Source: Marsupella aquatica (Eukaryota > Plantae > Marchantiophyta). From it: 64,000 nt of DNA. The position numbers were made by a program, and so were the translations under genes. Location: NCBI GenBank assembly GCA_973895155.1, contig OZ316892.1, positions 8,229,251 to 8,293,250 of the forward strand, given 5' to 3'. A model generated the notes under the pieces. That model was not told the DNA's origin. It made no database searches and was given only the letters and a program-made list of their open reading frames with translations. This document shows positions 61,569 to 64,000 of the stretch, piece after piece (the first letter of the stretch is position 1; every line of letters begins with the position of its first letter).

Positions 61569-62114
61569 TTCTGTTTCTCGACATAACAAACCCAAAGTTG
61601 AGATACGTATACTAATCCATTAATTATTGGGCACCTTCGTCCCTTCAATATCGCACAATATTTTTGCTCTCGACTGGCGTAAATGCAGAATGCATTTTGC
61701 AGATGTTCTTCATAAGTTGACCAAACGAAAGAACTCGGAAGTAGCTATATCCCAAACCAAATGGGTGGTGAATCCAACTTTCCATATCCAATAACCGAAG
61801 ATCATTTGCCTAAATTCTTTGTTTGAGTATAATTCGAGTCACTAGTGTACCCTGATTTCAATCCTGAGATTCTCGGCACCTAAAACGTGGTGACTGTGAT
61901 CTTTGCCAACCAAACGCCTCCAAAGGGAAACCGGGGTTTCAACAACCGCAAAATGCTTCAAATTCAATGCCAAAACTCACTTCCAGACCAAGACACCTTT
62001 CGAAAGGGACGGCCGTGGACAATCATAAACCTCGGTTGTCCTTCAGAGTCCAGTAAGCAAACTTTGCGGCAAAGTTTGAATTATTTATCAGAAACATTCA
62101 CGTTCACTATGCCT

Positions 62115-64000
62115 CTAACTCAACAACATTGATTCTAAACTCGAGTTTCTGGACTTGCTGCAGGCACGCTGCAGCCAAGACAGATGACAAGGTGAAACCT
62201 TTTCCCTCAAAAACCATCCATTCCGCCACTCAAACTCAGAAATGGCCATGTCAAGACTTGGTACTGCATTTTCAATGGCCATGCAATACATGCAAAGTTC
62301 CTGAACAACCATACTAATTGATGACTCAGACGATTTACCTTTCATTGCTAAAGGTAGAAGTTCAGTCACTAGGTCGTGTACATCCTTCCTGTGCTTTGTA
62401 GCAATCAAGCCCACTGGTAGCCCTCCTAGTGCGGCACTGAGAAGCCAAAATATTGAGCTCCACAGAAGCTTTTCCACAACACTCTCTAAGAAGGATTCGT
62501 GACTTGTCACGATGGACGATGGCAAGCCTTCTTTGCGCATTAGATTCACCACCACTGAAGCCCACCTGTGCAGAACTAGAGATTAGTTAAAAGTAATTTG
62601 TCGAGCCCCAAAAGCGCTAACTTGAAATACTCCCCACTCAGCTGGCTTTCTATCAAAACCTTGTCTAAAAGCATGCTAGACATTCCTCAAAAACGAATGT
62701 GCTTGAACGAGCGTAAGTATAGCGTGGGTGTCAATAATTTCCTCTTGGAGATTGAAAGAGGGTCTACCTGCCCCATGCTAATGAGTCTCTTCCGCCACCG
62801 ACAATCCTTACACTTCCATGTGGTAAAGAAGTGTCCTCTGCAGCTGACATATATAAAAGACCTTGGGTGTTATGGTGAAGGTTCCGAGTAGTCAGCCACG
62901 GCTGTAGCATTCCGTTTTGAAGAAACACTAAATCAGCCCATCTACTCCTTGGCGTCTGCAGCAAGACATCATCCAGATGACTGCAATGGGTGGCCACAAT
63001 CACTGGCCCTTCTCCTTCAGTAACTCTCTCCCTTCTTCTGACGAGCATTGCTCTGCAATAATCACGGACAAATTTTATAAATCCAAACCAAAAGCACTCG
63101 TTGCCTGATGACCAAATTCGCAGAATTGATCAACGTAGAGTTTGACCGCGACGAAGGTTGTTGAAAGCTTCTACCTCACCCAAAACCATCAAATTATCAG
63201 TATTGCTCCACCTCTTCATTTATTGGTACGAATTCCAAACATTGCAGCTCACAAGTAGGTTCATGAAGAGCATAGAACCAAACCAAGAGGGACACAAAGA
63301 GCATCTCGGAATCTACAAATGCTCTGATGGGAGGATAAGAGAATTGAGTCTTCAGGTGACCTCAAAATGTGCCAAGGGGCAAAGGGGAATCCAGAAGGAA
63401 ACTGTTTCTTTGATATTGCACAGGGATGAGAGAGTTGGTTCGGATTGGATTGGGACCTTCGCAAGCCCAGATAAATATTATTTCTTGTCCCCATTGGGCT
63501 CTTGGATCGTAAAAGTCGTTCATTCCCTCTCTTTTACAAGAAAATTTGCCAAAGGAATCTCTGAGACAAAATTTGAGAGTGGGAGACACATAAACTAATA
63601 AACTCATCCAGCGCGGTATAGGACTGCAAGTTGACTGGTAGCCTAACTCTGCAAGAAGACACAATAAATGCGTTGCAGAAGTTGAAGTTCACTGCGCCAA
63701 ATCTTTGTCTGTGGTGGGTTTGATTCTCTGTGAACATGGTAGACAAACCTGCTTCGATAACGTGCTGGGAACTCTACTTCAGTAAGCAGCTATAATGTGA
63801 ATTACCTGGGGCCAGCCATTTGAAGGAAAGCACGTCCAATTCGACCCCCACCAACGATGACAATGGGCGTTTCTCCGGGGTTCATCGATGCTGCATTGCT
63901 GCTGACGGACCACGCAGGCAACCTCTCCGCCATCGCTCCCTCGTTGCTAAGAATGTCGATCTCAGCTTCTGCTTGTGCTCGAGTCTGAGCTGCAACGTTT
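62115..64000 (-). CDS. At1g16080-like (ketopantoate-reductase-like fold) protein, 5' end outside the window
   Basis: join(>64000-63806,63052-62768,62565-62115), phase-2 introns. IVIVGGGRIGRA, GPVIVATH, TPRSRWADLVFLQNGMLQPWL, EKLLWSSIFWLL, EFEWRNGWFL. Confidence 0.85.

Overview
Eukaryotic land-plant nuclear DNA. It has GT-AG introns, LTR retrotransposons and an RLK; a non-seed plant is suspected but cannot be shown from the sequence. Bases 1-28.6 kb are a nested transposon complex: a Copia 5' LTR+PBS and a solo LTR of the same family, a CACTA remnant, a decayed Ty3/Gypsy element, an Athila/Tat-like 3' region, a deleted Bianca-lineage Copia, Helitron-like pieces and four non-autonomous DNA elements with exact 8-bp TSDs. 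Bases 28.7-41.7 kb form an accessory-looking, same-strand cluster: RLK-kinase remnants, a spliced orphan 2-TM protein with a possible actinoporin-like C-terminus, a U-box-less PUB4-like ARM gene, a gene of near-identical 44-aa ARM repeats that vary mainly at helix-3 binding positions, a 156-bp tandem array and a decayed ARM pseudogene. Bases 42-64 kb hold conserved genes: an RGI-like LRR-RLK XI (-), IRE1 (+) and an At1g16080-like gene (-, 5' end outside the window). All calls come from reading the sequence and recalled family motifs; no searches were run.
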